IMG/VR virus record: IMGVR_UViG_3300035180_002914
Length of the DNA: 20,000 bases
Origin: an uncultured virus (IMG/VR IMGVR_UViG_3300035180_002914)
Taxonomy: Duplodnaviria > Heunggongvirae > Uroviricota > Caudoviricetes
Direction: 5' to 3' (one strand)
Shown: positions 8,439 through 16,872 of the stretch, one piece after another
Layout: each line of letters starts with the position of its first letter
Position numbering within the stretch: the stretch's first letter is position 1
Notes under the pieces: model-generated
What the model saw: only the letters and a program-made list of their open reading frames with translations
What the model was told of the DNA's origin: nothing
Databases searched by the model: none
Translations under genes and position numbers: made by a program

Positions 8439-9215
8439 GTGAAAAATAAAGAGGATTTAGTATCAAAAGGATTGGAAAATCTTGAAAAAGGTGAATACGA
8501 AACGGCTTTAAAAATGTTTACACAGGCTTGTGATTTAGGAAGCTCTGATGCATATTTTATCCTAGGATATATGTATGACCACGGAGATGGAGTAGAACAA
8601 GACTACTCCAAAGCCGCAGAATTTTACGGGAAGGCTTGCGAAATGGGAGATGCTTCAGGATGCTACAACCTCGGACTAATGTTTGATAATGGGGATGGTG
8701 TTGAACAAGATAAAATAGAAGCAGCAGAGTTGTATAAAAAAGCTTGTGATGGCGGAATTGCTGAAGCTTGTCTAAATCTCGGTGTTATGTATGCTTACGG
8801 AAAAGGCGTAGAACAAGACTATTTGAAAGCGGCGGAGTACTATAAAAAAGCTTGCGATAAGGGAGATGCTGAAGTGTGTCATAGGCTTGGTTCTATGTAT
8901 GAAAACGGAGAAGGCGTTGAACAAGACCTTTCAAAAGCAGTAGAATACTATAAAATAGCTTGCGATAAGGGAGATGCTGAAGTGTGTCATAGGCTTGGTT
9001 CTATGTATGAAAACGGAGAAGGCGTCGAGCAAGACTTATCTAAAGCAATAGAACTGTACGAAAAAGCTTGTGAAGGCAGTTATGCTCCTGGATACAGCAG
9101 TCTTGGACTTATGTATGAAAATGGACGAGGCGTCGAACAAGACCTTTCAAAAGCATTTGAATTGTACGAAAAGGCTTGCGAATTAGGAGATACTTTCGGA
9201 TGTTACAAACTTTGA
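8439..9215 (+). CDS. Sel1-like repeat protein 4
   Basis: About six SLRs; GTG start after an AAGGA RBS. Confidence 0.92.
   Translation: MKNKEDLVSKGLENLEKGEYETALKMFTQACDLGSSDAYFILGYMYDHGDGVEQDYSKAAEFYGKACEMGDASGCYNLGLMFDNGDGVEQDKIEAAELYKKACDGGIAEACLNLGVMYAYGKGVEQDYLKAAEYYKKACDKGDAEVCHRLGSMYENGEGVEQDLSKAVEYYKIACDKGDAEVCHRLGSMYENGEGVEQDLSKAIELYEKACEGSYAPGYSSLGLMYENGRGVEQDLSKAFELYEKACELGDTFGCYKL
8838..9025 (+). repeat. Recent tandem duplication of one 108-bp Sel1 repeat unit
   Basis: 69 bp are identical at 8849-8917 and 8957-9025 (offset exactly 108 bp), extending 5' with one mismatch. Confidence 0.9.
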
Positions 9216-9243
9216 ACAAAAATCTAAGAACAAAGGAGAATTA

Positions 9244-9957
9244 GTGGAAAATATTTTTGTATTTTTAGCGCCTGATGGGTTTAAAGGTTATGACGAAAAC
9301 GAAGAAGATTTAAAATCCGCAGTAAATTCATTATCGAAAGCTTGTGAAGAAGGAAATTCCAAAGCGTGTTATAACCTTGGAATTATGTATGAATACGGAA
9401 AAGGTGTAAAACAAGATCTATTAAAAGCGGCGGAGTTATATAAAAAGGCAGGTGATGGCGGATATGCTAGCGGATATAATAATCTTGGTCTTTTGTATTC
9501 TAACGGAAAAGGAGTTGAGCTAGACTATACGAAAGCTGTAGAGCTATTCAGGAAAGCTTATGAAATGGGAAGTATAGCAAGTTGCAACAACCTTGGAGAT
9601 TTGTATTACTATGGACAAGGCGTTAAACAAGATTTTTCTAAAGCTGAAGAGCTATATTCAAAAGCTTGTGAGGTAGGATACTCTCGTGGGTGTTTCAATC
9701 TTGGTGTTATGTATGAAAACGGTAACGGAGTTCCAAAAGACATTCAAAAAGCAATAGAACTGTATTCAAAAGCTGCTGAAATTGGAAATGCTAATGCGTG
9801 TTATTACCTTGGATTTATGAATGAATATGGTATCGGAGTCCAAAAAGACATAAAAACCGCAATAGAATTCTACAAGAAAGCTTGTGAACTAGGAAGTGCG
9901 GCAGGATGCGAACGCTATTCGAAAGCGAGAAAAATATTTGGGAGTATGTTTGATTAG
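9244..9957 (+). CDS. Sel1-like repeat protein 5
   Basis: About five SLRs; GTG start after AAGGAG. The N-terminus is paralogous to that of the 7688 protein. Confidence 0.92.
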   Translation: MENIFVFLAPDGFKGYDENEEDLKSAVNSLSKACEEGNSKACYNLGIMYEYGKGVKQDLLKAAELYKKAGDGGYASGYNNLGLLYSNGKGVELDYTKAVELFRKAYEMGSIASCNNLGDLYYYGQGVKQDFSKAEELYSKACEVGYSRGCFNLGVMYENGNGVPKDIQKAIELYSKAAEIGNANACYYLGFMNEYGIGVQKDIKTAIEFYKKACELGSAAGCERYSKARKIFGSMFD

Positions 9958-9978
9958 TAGGGAGACTTATCTCCCTAC
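9957..9978. terminator. Hairpin between convergent genes (possible bidirectional terminator)
   Basis: GTAGGGAGA-CTTA-TCTCCCTAC, a perfect 9-bp stem. Confidence 0.6.
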
Positions 9979-11358
9979 CCTAATTTCATCACCATATTTA
10001 GCAATTTTACTTCTAACGACTTTTATTAACCTACAACCTACTATATTTACATCGAACTCATTTTCTTTTTCTGTTTCGTTACACAAGTAGGTAAAACCAT
10101 TGTTTAAAGCATTACAATATGGATTGTCAAGTTGGCGATTGTGCCCCAAAACTATTACCTTACTGTTTTGTCCTATTCTTGAAAGAATTAGTCTCATAGA
10201 GCTTCGACTTTCGTTTTGAGCTTCATCGATTATTATTACAGAGTTCTCTAAAGTACTTCCTCTCAAAAATCCTTCGTATGCAGGTTCTATTCTATACTTG
10301 CTAATGAATTCTTTCATTTTTTCTTCAAGAACTTCTTTGTCTCTAAGATTAGTATTTTTATATTTTCTCTTAACAAGCTTTTCTATGCTATTATAAAGAG
10401 GAGCTAAATAACCTCCCATTTTCTCTTCTAGTGTACCAGGAAGAAAGCCAAGTTCTTCTTGTTTATTATCTACAGAAGTAATAGTCTTTCTTATATAGAT
10501 AATTTTCTCGAATTTAGAGTTTTTCTTTTCAATAAGAGCGCAAGCTCCTGAAAGAGCCATAAGTGTCTTTCCTGTTCCAGCTTGTCCAGGGACAACAATT
10601 ATATCAGTGTTATCAGCAAGTATAAGAGAACTTAATACTCTTTGTTCTCTATTCATAGGAACAGCATTTTGTTTTTGTAAAAGGTCTTCGTCTATTTCAT
10701 ATAACTTATCCTTAACTTTATAATAATATTTGTTAATACCTGTTTTCGGATTAATAATTTCGATTCCTGATATCGATTTTGGAATTTCTACTCCTAGATC
10801 TTTCTCAAGCTTTTCTACTTCCAATATAGGAAGTGATATTTCGTGTTGAGTTTCAAACGATTTAAAAAATTCAATTTCAGTTTCTTTCTTATTATCTGTC
10901 TTATACGGTTCGACATTAATATTTTCCAGAATACACTTACTTCTAAATGCTATGTCATTAGATAGGACTAGCAAATTAGGATATTCTTTAGATATCTTTA
11001 AAGCACACTCAATAATCTTCCTGTCATTAAGTATCTTTACATCAGTATTCTCAATAGTGGTATCATACTTAAGAAGAGAAACAAGATGTATTTCACAACC
11101 TTGATAATTCACAATGACTCTTTTAGCTGTATGATTAATATTAGAGTGTCCAACTATTTCAGAGTCAGACATCATTCTATTAAATTCCCTTGCGTGATAT
11201 GAAATGATATCGAAGCCTGTCTTCTTGCTATCAAGCTCGTCTATTACAGTTTCAGGAATGATTATCAGATTTTTAGAGTTATTTGAAAGTTTAATTATGT
11301 TTTGAGGGTCATCCAGCAGTATGTTTGTATCCAAAAGCCAGGATTTTTTATTTTTCAT
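9967..11358 (-). CDS. phoH: PhoH-family ATPase with N-terminal PIN domain (PhoH2/YlaK type)
   Basis: PIN motifs 'LLDTNILL', 'VIDELD', 'NDRKII' and 'SNDIAFR'; Walker A GQAGTGKT, 'LGFLPG', 'LRGSTL', 'IIDEAQN' and 'VRS'. The start at 11358 follows an AGGA RBS. Confidence 0.93.
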   Translation of the reverse strand: MKNKKSWLLDTNILLDDPQNIIKLSNNSKNLIIIPETVIDELDSKKTGFDIISYHAREFNRMMSDSEIVGHSNINHTAKRVIVNYQGCEIHLVSLLKYDTTIENTDVKILNDRKIIECALKISKEYPNLLVLSNDIAFRSKCILENINVEPYKTDNKKETEIEFFKSFETQHEISLPILEVEKLEKDLGVEIPKSISGIEIINPKTGINKYYYKVKDKLYEIDEDLLQKQNAVPMNREQRVLSSLILADNTDIIVVPGQAGTGKTLMALSGACALIEKKNSKFEKIIYIRKTITSVDNKQEELGFLPGTLEEKMGGYLAPLYNSIEKLVKRKYKNTNLRDKEVLEEKMKEFISKYRIEPAYEGFLRGSTLENSVIIIDEAQNESRSSMRLILSRIGQNSKVIVLGHNRQLDNPYCNALNNGFTYLCNETEKENEFDVNIVGCRLIKVVRSKIAKYGDEIRVGR

Positions 11359-12199
11359 TTTCGTTTTCCTTGTAATAAATTTTATAACCAACACACTTTT
11401 CTCTAGTTGCTCTCAATTTTGGATTATTACAATAACAAGGTTTTACTTCTTCTCCTGTATATAGATGATTTTTCATTACTGTGTATGACAATCCATTATT
11501 TTCACAAAATTCCTTAAATTTATTACTTCTGATTATAGTAATCTCACCATTTCTTTCAATACAAAGGTCTTTTACTTTACCGTGATTATCTGATATTTTT
11601 TGTTTTGTTTCTTCTGATCGTTTTCCACCTAACATAGTTTTAATTCTTTTTTGTATTTCCTCTTCTGGTACTACTCTTCCTGAATTTATTCCTTTATATC
11701 CCAATTTTTTTGCTTCGTCTTTGTCCATAACAAAAACTTTGCCTTCATCATTTTTGAAAATACTTTTGTTTTTTGCTCTTTCTTTTATTTTTTTCCTTTT
11801 TTCTTCTGAAACAACAACTGTTAATTTAAATAACGAATATATTTTAGAATTATAAATATTTTCTTTTCTATAAAAACAAAATTTATTCATACAATGAAAA
11901 GCAAATGACATTTTACTCATTTCACTAGTTTCACCAGTTTTCTTATAATGTTTCCATAAAAGTAAATGACAAATATAATGTTCTTTTGGTGTGAGTAATA
12001 CTATATTTTCAGGATTTTTTTTAGGGGAAGAGAATTCTTTAAAGATAGATTTAGGAAGTATATGGTGTGCTTCAAAATATTCATAATTAATATCTGATTT
12101 TGAAGTTTTTATTCTTTTTTTGCTGATAGCATTATTCACAATTTCAAAATATAATTTGATATATTTTGTTTCTTTAAAGAAACTGTGTATCTTTTTCAA
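11348..12199 (-). CDS. Free-standing HNH homing endonuclease with NUMOD3-like motifs (Mob-like)
   Basis: 'EAHHILPKS...PENIVLLTPKEHYICHLLL' and 'RSEETKQKIS'; TTG start after AAAGGA; overlaps the phoH start by 11 nt. Confidence 0.85.
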   Translation of the reverse strand: MKKIHSFFKETKYIKLYFEIVNNAISKKRIKTSKSDINYEYFEAHHILPKSIFKEFSSPKKNPENIVLLTPKEHYICHLLLWKHYKKTGETSEMSKMSFAFHCMNKFCFYRKENIYNSKIYSLFKLTVVVSEEKRKKIKERAKNKSIFKNDEGKVFVMDKDEAKKLGYKGINSGRVVPEEEIQKRIKTMLGGKRSEETKQKISDNHGKVKDLCIERNGEITIIRSNKFKEFCENNGLSYTVMKNHLYTGEEVKPCYCNNPKLRATREKCVGYKIYYKENENEK

Positions 12200-12262
12200 G
12201 AGGATTGTCCTTTACCATATTGGAATTAAATTTTGATATTTTTAAAACTCAACCTCCTGAAT

Positions 12263-12270
12263 TATTTATA
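12263..12270 (-). promoter_or_regulatory. T4-type late promoter TATAAATA
   Basis: Exact consensus on the minus strand about 65 bp upstream of the HNH gene, just past the upstream hairpin. Confidence 0.6.
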
Positions 12271-12274
12271 AGCA

Positions 12275-12306
12275 GTCATTCTCTGCCTCAAAGAACAGAG
12301 AATGAC
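12275..12306 (-). terminator. Stem-loop after the nuclease gene
   Basis: GTCATTCTCTG-N10-CAGAGAATGAC, a perfect 11-bp stem. Confidence 0.55.
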
Positions 12307-12317
12307 GATGTCTTTAG

Positions 12318-13073
12318 TTATTTTCTTGCTGTAGGAAGTACTAGACCTAGTTTATTATCTTTTTGGACTTTAGATAGTTTTGGGAAGTAGTTGATACCAG
12401 ACATTCCTTCAAGCTCAGAGATAGTTATAGTTTTACAGTTACCTGCTGAAGTATTTTCGCAAAGATAGGCTGCTCCTTTTTGTTGTTTTGGACTATAGAC
12501 TACTTTGTATATATGGGTAGGAACAAGAACATTATTTTTACCAATAGCTTTAGGCTTATCAGTTTTAAAGAGTGGACCTGTAATTATATACTCATCACCT
12601 TCTTTAGCTGCTAATAGCCTTGTTTCCTTTTCTATAGCAGACCATATTACAGTATTATTTCTATGATCTTGTGGAACCATATTAGCTAAACTAAAAGACT
12701 CTGCTTGAGTAGCTTCTGATCCCATATCAGCAGAAGGTGTCATATGCCCTCTGTCATAACCTGTTCTTTCATAATCAGATAGTTCAGCTCTTTCTCCAGC
12801 AGAAAGTTTACTTTCAGGATGGAACATATCTTTTCTTGGTATTTTAGCCGATATCTTTTCTTTTGTTAGATGTTCTGCTGACCAAATAGGTGTTTTTGAT
12901 ACACCAGAGTACATTACTACAAAACCTTCAAAACAAAGTTCTTTAGACTTTGTGGCTAGTTTTTGGTCTACTATATCCGGTGCTTGTCCATTAAGATAGT
13001 GTGTTGGACAAGCTGATGTACCTGCTAAAAGTGATATAGCGGTTATAGTTGAAAAAAGAATGTGTTTTAACAT
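12318..13073 (-). CDS. Exported DNA/RNA non-specific endonuclease (NucA/EndoG family)
   Basis: Signal peptide; catalytic 'GYDRGHM', 'ESFSLANMVPQ...NN..IW..IE', 'ITGP' and 'VPTHIYK'; AAGGAG RBS. Confidence 0.93.
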   Translation of the reverse strand: MLKHILFSTITAISLLAGTSACPTHYLNGQAPDIVDQKLATKSKELCFEGFVVMYSGVSKTPIWSAEHLTKEKISAKIPRKDMFHPESKLSAGERAELSDYERTGYDRGHMTPSADMGSEATQAESFSLANMVPQDHRNNTVIWSAIEKETRLLAAKEGDEYIITGPLFKTDKPKAIGKNNVLVPTHIYKVVYSPKQQKGAAYLCENTSAGNCKTITISELEGMSGINYFPKLSKVQKDNKLGLVLPTARK

Positions 13074-13181
13074 TTAAACTCCTTGTTTTGTATATTAAAC
13101 GGTAAGTTGATTAAACTACTTGCCATATATTTTCGTCCAAACTGACACAAAAATTACTATTGTATCTAGATGTAGATATAT

Positions 13182-13189
13182 TATTTATA
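13182..13189 (-). promoter_or_regulatory. T4-type late promoter TATAAATA
   Basis: Exact consensus on the minus strand about 110 bp upstream of the nuclease gene. Confidence 0.5.
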
Positions 13190-13294
13190 TTCTATGACTT
13201 ATCATTTCGACTTGTATTATTCTGAAACAACTATATTATTAGCTTCTACTCACAGAAATAAATAAACATCAATTATATCGGAGAGGTATTCTTT

Positions 13295-13891
13295 ATGGGC
13301 GGTAGCGTCGAAACACACGAAAAATTAGATTCTTTACTTGACTCTCTTGATAATCTTAAAACAGAATTAATGCTTGTAATTACACAAAGTAGATCTGAAA
13401 GGGAAATTTCTGAAAAAATCTTGAATATATCAATGAAATATAGAGACATTCCAGAAGTTTTTGAGCTTATAATGTTTTTGAACGGCATTTTAAGTCTAGA
13501 CATTAAAAGTATGAAAGAGTCAATTATTAAAAGTATTGATACTCTTATTATGATTAAAAAGGCGTCAATAAAAAGAATGATAGACTTAGATCACAGAGTG
13601 TTGAAAATAGAAGAAACTATTCAGGATCTGAATGAACAGTATGAAAACCATATAAAAGAAGATGAAGACGATGAAAAGGACGAAAAAGAAGATTCTGAGG
13701 AAAATGTCATCAAGATCTTTGGAGCGAAAATAAACATACTTAAAGTGGCTGTTATTGTACTTTCAGCTTTTATTATTCTTTTTATAGCCTACTCTATTAA
13801 TGAGAAAGCTGCGTCTAAAGCAGTTTCAGCTATTTCAACTACAACAGAAAAAGTAATTCAAGAAAAGAAAGCAGATGATGGAGAAAAATAA
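13295..13891 (+). CDS. Helical/coiled-coil protein with an acidic linker and one C-terminal transmembrane helix
   Basis: GGAGAGG RBS; TM segment 'ILKVAVIVLSAFIILFIAYSI'; TAATG coupling to the next gene. Confidence 0.75.
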   Translation: MGGSVETHEKLDSLLDSLDNLKTELMLVITQSRSEREISEKILNISMKYRDIPEVFELIMFLNGILSLDIKSMKESIIKSIDTLIMIKKASIKRMIDLDHRVLKIEETIQDLNEQYENHIKEDEDDEKDEKEDSEENVIKIFGAKINILKVAVIVLSAFIILFIAYSINEKAASKAVSAISTTTEKVIQEKKADDGEK

Positions 13892-14619
13892 TGTCACTAT
13901 TTGGTTTTAATTTTACATTTTTAAAAAATGAAGCAGAAAACTTTGAGTCAGACGAAAGACTAAGAAAACTTGAAGAAAGAGTCCAAACAAAAAGAAGCTT
14001 TGATGCATATCTAGTAAATGTCAAAGGAAAAGAAATATCCGGAAATGAACATCAAAAAATAATTATAGTAATTGATGATAGTAGTACTATGATACTAAGT
14101 GTAGAAAGAGATTTTAAAAGAATAGCTCAAATAGCTTCTTATCTGAACGGAAATAGTGATGAAGATAAAAATTTCTTAAAGCTAAGAGAAGAAATAAGAA
14201 GAAGGTATCCATCTAAGGAAAAAGAGTTTATTGAATTTCTAAAAAGGTATAAAGAAATTGATTACTCTGTTACTTACTTTGAAACAGAAAGATGCGGCTT
14301 TGAGTTTTTAAAATCATTATCAGAGTATAAAGGTAAAATAGACTATGCTATTGTGGATATTACATTCGGTAGCCTTCTTATAGATGAAAATGAAAAGATG
14401 GTTTCTCTTGATGGTATAGATGTAGCAGTGAAAATAAGAGAAAGATATCCAGATGCAAAAATTCTCTTTAATACAGGTTATGATCTATCAGATCCAGATA
14501 ACTCACAAGCTCATAAAATAAAAATACTAGGTGAGAAAATAGGAAACTTCAGATACACATTAAAAAGTATTAATCCTTATGAAAGATTATGTGATATTGT
14601 TGAGATGTTATCAGAATAA
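13891..14619 (+). CDS. Stand-alone response-regulator receiver protein with a large insertion and no evident output domain
   Basis: 'IIIVIDDS', phospho-acceptor 'YAIVDI', 'DGIDVAVKIRERYPDAKILFNTG' and 'YTLKS'. Confidence 0.82.
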   Translation: MSLFGFNFTFLKNEAENFESDERLRKLEERVQTKRSFDAYLVNVKGKEISGNEHQKIIIVIDDSSTMILSVERDFKRIAQIASYLNGNSDEDKNFLKLREEIRRRYPSKEKEFIEFLKRYKEIDYSVTYFETERCGFEFLKSLSEYKGKIDYAIVDITFGSLLIDENEKMVSLDGIDVAVKIRERYPDAKILFNTGYDLSDPDNSQAHKIKILGEKIGNFRYTLKSINPYERLCDIVEMLSE

Positions 14620-15686
14620 TGAAAAACTTTTTACATATTCTTTACGGAAAACTATTTAAGATAAAGAAGTTTTCTTCACTCTTTATAGTGAATTTTTTAA
14701 TTTTCGCTAGTATACAGATAGCTTATACTGGAGTTCAATTAGTTTATGATATCAATAAACAATATTCTTCTAGAGAACAAAAAACAGTAGATTACCATAA
14801 ATTTGATAGGAATATTATAATCAATTCTTTATGGTTTTTTGCTATATTTTCCTTCTTTTTTATTGGTAATATTTTCTATTACTTGCGCCTTATTCAAAAA
14901 ATAAGAAAAAAAGATTTGATGTTATTTGTTCAGGAGAAGTCTAATATATCAAGAATAGTCACTTTAATGATGAGTGAAAACCTTCATCATCAAATGAAAA
15001 CTCCTTTAGCTGGAATAAGTTCTGAAATACTTTATATACAAGAACTTTTAGATCCTAAAAATAATCCAAATTCTTGTAGAAAATGTCCTATAGTTAAAGA
15101 TACAAGTTTAGCTCTTCAAAGTATAGGTAATGCTTTAAATAATATCAAAATGCTTCACGATGTAGTTGAATCAGTTAAGCTTTCAAATAATGTAAAATAT
15201 TCTGATAAAGATAAAACTATTGGAGAGATACTTTTAGACGCTATAAGTATAATAAAAAGTTCTGAAGCAAGACTACATCTATTTAATATAGAAATAACAG
15301 AAGAACTTAATAGATATATGTTAGTTAATATGACAAACGAAAATTTTCTTGATGTTATAATATCACACTTAAAAAATTCTATTGAGGCTGGTGCTTCAAG
15401 AATTCTGATAACAAGTAATAATGAATTACATAACAGTATACTTAAAATTTATATTATAGATAATGGCTCTGGGATAGACAAAAAGAAAATACCTTTTATT
15501 TATGATTTAGACTTTTCCATAGAAAAATCAGAAATAAAGAAAATTTCAGGAACTAAGTTATTCTTAGCGAAAGCAATAGTAAAACAATTTCCTGGTTGTG
15601 ATGACAAATTAAAAAGTACATCTTCAAGAGGAGCTACTTTTGAAATAACCGTTCCGGCTAGGTTAATAAAAGAAGAGGAATTTTAA
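14619..15686 (+). CDS. Membrane sensor histidine kinase A (degenerate G2 box)
   Basis: Two TM helices; H box 'NLHHQMKTPL', N box 'HLKNSIEA', G1 'IDNGSGI' and F box 'DLDFS'. The G2 box reads 'SGTKL'. Confidence 0.87.
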   Translation: MKNFLHILYGKLFKIKKFSSLFIVNFLIFASIQIAYTGVQLVYDINKQYSSREQKTVDYHKFDRNIIINSLWFFAIFSFFFIGNIFYYLRLIQKIRKKDLMLFVQEKSNISRIVTLMMSENLHHQMKTPLAGISSEILYIQELLDPKNNPNSCRKCPIVKDTSLALQSIGNALNNIKMLHDVVESVKLSNNVKYSDKDKTIGEILLDAISIIKSSEARLHLFNIEITEELNRYMLVNMTNENFLDVIISHLKNSIEAGASRILITSNNELHNSILKIYIIDNGSGIDKKKIPFIYDLDFSIEKSEIKKISGTKLFLAKAIVKQFPGCDDKLKSTSSRGATFEITVPARLIKEEEF

Positions 15687-16864
15687 TGGCAGTTTTAATT
15701 AAAGATATGTTGTTTAAAGAGATGTTAATTCTTTTCTTATTATTAGTATCAGCAGTATTTTCTATGTTTAGTGTAACATTTATATCTCAACATATAGAAA
15801 ATCAAGAAAAGATAATTAAAAAAAATATAGAAGAGTACGGTGAGTTTGATATATCACATACTTGTAGAATAACGGATTGCAATGAAATAATCATTAAACC
15901 GTCTTCCAGTTTTAAACTAGGAAAGAACGGAATAATGGAAGCGAATAAAGAGAAAACAACTAGAATCGAATTGTCATCATTTTCTTTGTCTAAAAACGGT
16001 ATAGAAGGTTTGATTAAAGTTGAAGATGTGGTGTTCTTTATTCCTATTTCAAACGGTGTGAAATTTTCATTACTTATAGCGTTTACTTTTGCTATCTTTT
16101 TTCTTATCGGCTCTTATATTTTTTTGTATTATGTCAGAAATAGAATAAAAGAAAAAGTTGTGTTTATGAATCAGAAAAAAGAGATGTTAGATGCTCAACT
16201 AGCTAAAATTATAGGCAAAAATATTTTTCACGAAATTAAAACTCCTATATCTTCAATAGCTTATGAACTTAGTATAATAGAAGAAGAATTAGAACAATGT
16301 GGGTCTAATTCTAGTAGTACACAAAAAAGCTTAGAAAATATTAAAACAAATCTTAGTCTAATAGAAAATATTGCTTATAGAACAAGGGCTGACAAAATAA
16401 ACAGGAAGAAAAACCAGAACAATAATAATGTTTACGATATACTTGAAGAGTGTTTTACTAATATTCGCTTCACAGATAAGAAATATACTTATAGTATAGA
16501 CGATATGTTTAAAACATTCTTTTTAGATACAAGTAAGCTTTCAAAAGAAGACTTCCAGAATGTTATTGTAAACCACACTAAAAATTCATTTGAAGCAGAC
16601 GCCGAAACTATTATATTCAAGTTTGTTCTTGCCGAAAATAAGTTTCTTGTTATTGATTTGATAGATGATGGTAATGGAATACCTAAATCTCTAATAAATA
16701 AGGTATACGAGCTAGACTTTAGTACCAAATCTGGCGATTCTGGTTCAAGAGGAATAGGACTTTACTTGTGTAGAGAAATTCTTAGAAATGCTGGCGGTGA
16801 TGATAGAATTTTAGAAACATCAAAGAATGGTACTACTATAGAATTGAAAATTCCAATAATTTAA
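15686..16864 (+). CDS. Membrane sensor histidine kinase B
   Basis: Two TM helices flank a roughly 90-aa periplasmic region; 'IFHEIKTPI', 'HTKNSFEA', 'DDGNGIP', 'DFSTK' and 'RGIGLYL'. Confidence 0.92.
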   Translation: MAVLIKDMLFKEMLILFLLLVSAVFSMFSVTFISQHIENQEKIIKKNIEEYGEFDISHTCRITDCNEIIIKPSSSFKLGKNGIMEANKEKTTRIELSSFSLSKNGIEGLIKVEDVVFFIPISNGVKFSLLIAFTFAIFFLIGSYIFLYYVRNRIKEKVVFMNQKKEMLDAQLAKIIGKNIFHEIKTPISSIAYELSIIEEELEQCGSNSSSTQKSLENIKTNLSLIENIAYRTRADKINRKKNQNNNNVYDILEECFTNIRFTDKKYTYSIDDMFKTFFLDTSKLSKEDFQNVIVNHTKNSFEADAETIIFKFVLAENKFLVIDLIDDGNGIPKSLINKVYELDFSTKSGDSGSRGIGLYLCREILRNAGGDDRILETSKNGTTIELKIPII

Positions 16865-16872
16865 GAGTCAAA

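Noticed and set aside
9187..9246. Possible frameshift fusion of Sel1 genes 4 and 5 (the gene-5 frame is open back to 9187)
   Set aside because: Gene 5 has its own AAGGAG RBS and an N-terminus paralogous to the stand-alone gene 3, and the short open stretch is expected by chance.
6560..9957. Repetitive DNA as a possible CRISPR array or DGR template/variable repeat
   Set aside because: The repeats are 108-bp coding Sel1 units, with no spacer structure, no adenine-specific mismatch pattern and no reverse transcriptase.
11359..11394. Longer phoH start at 11394 from the ORF track
   Set aside because: The ATG at 11358 has an RBS and places the PIN motif at the N-terminus as expected.
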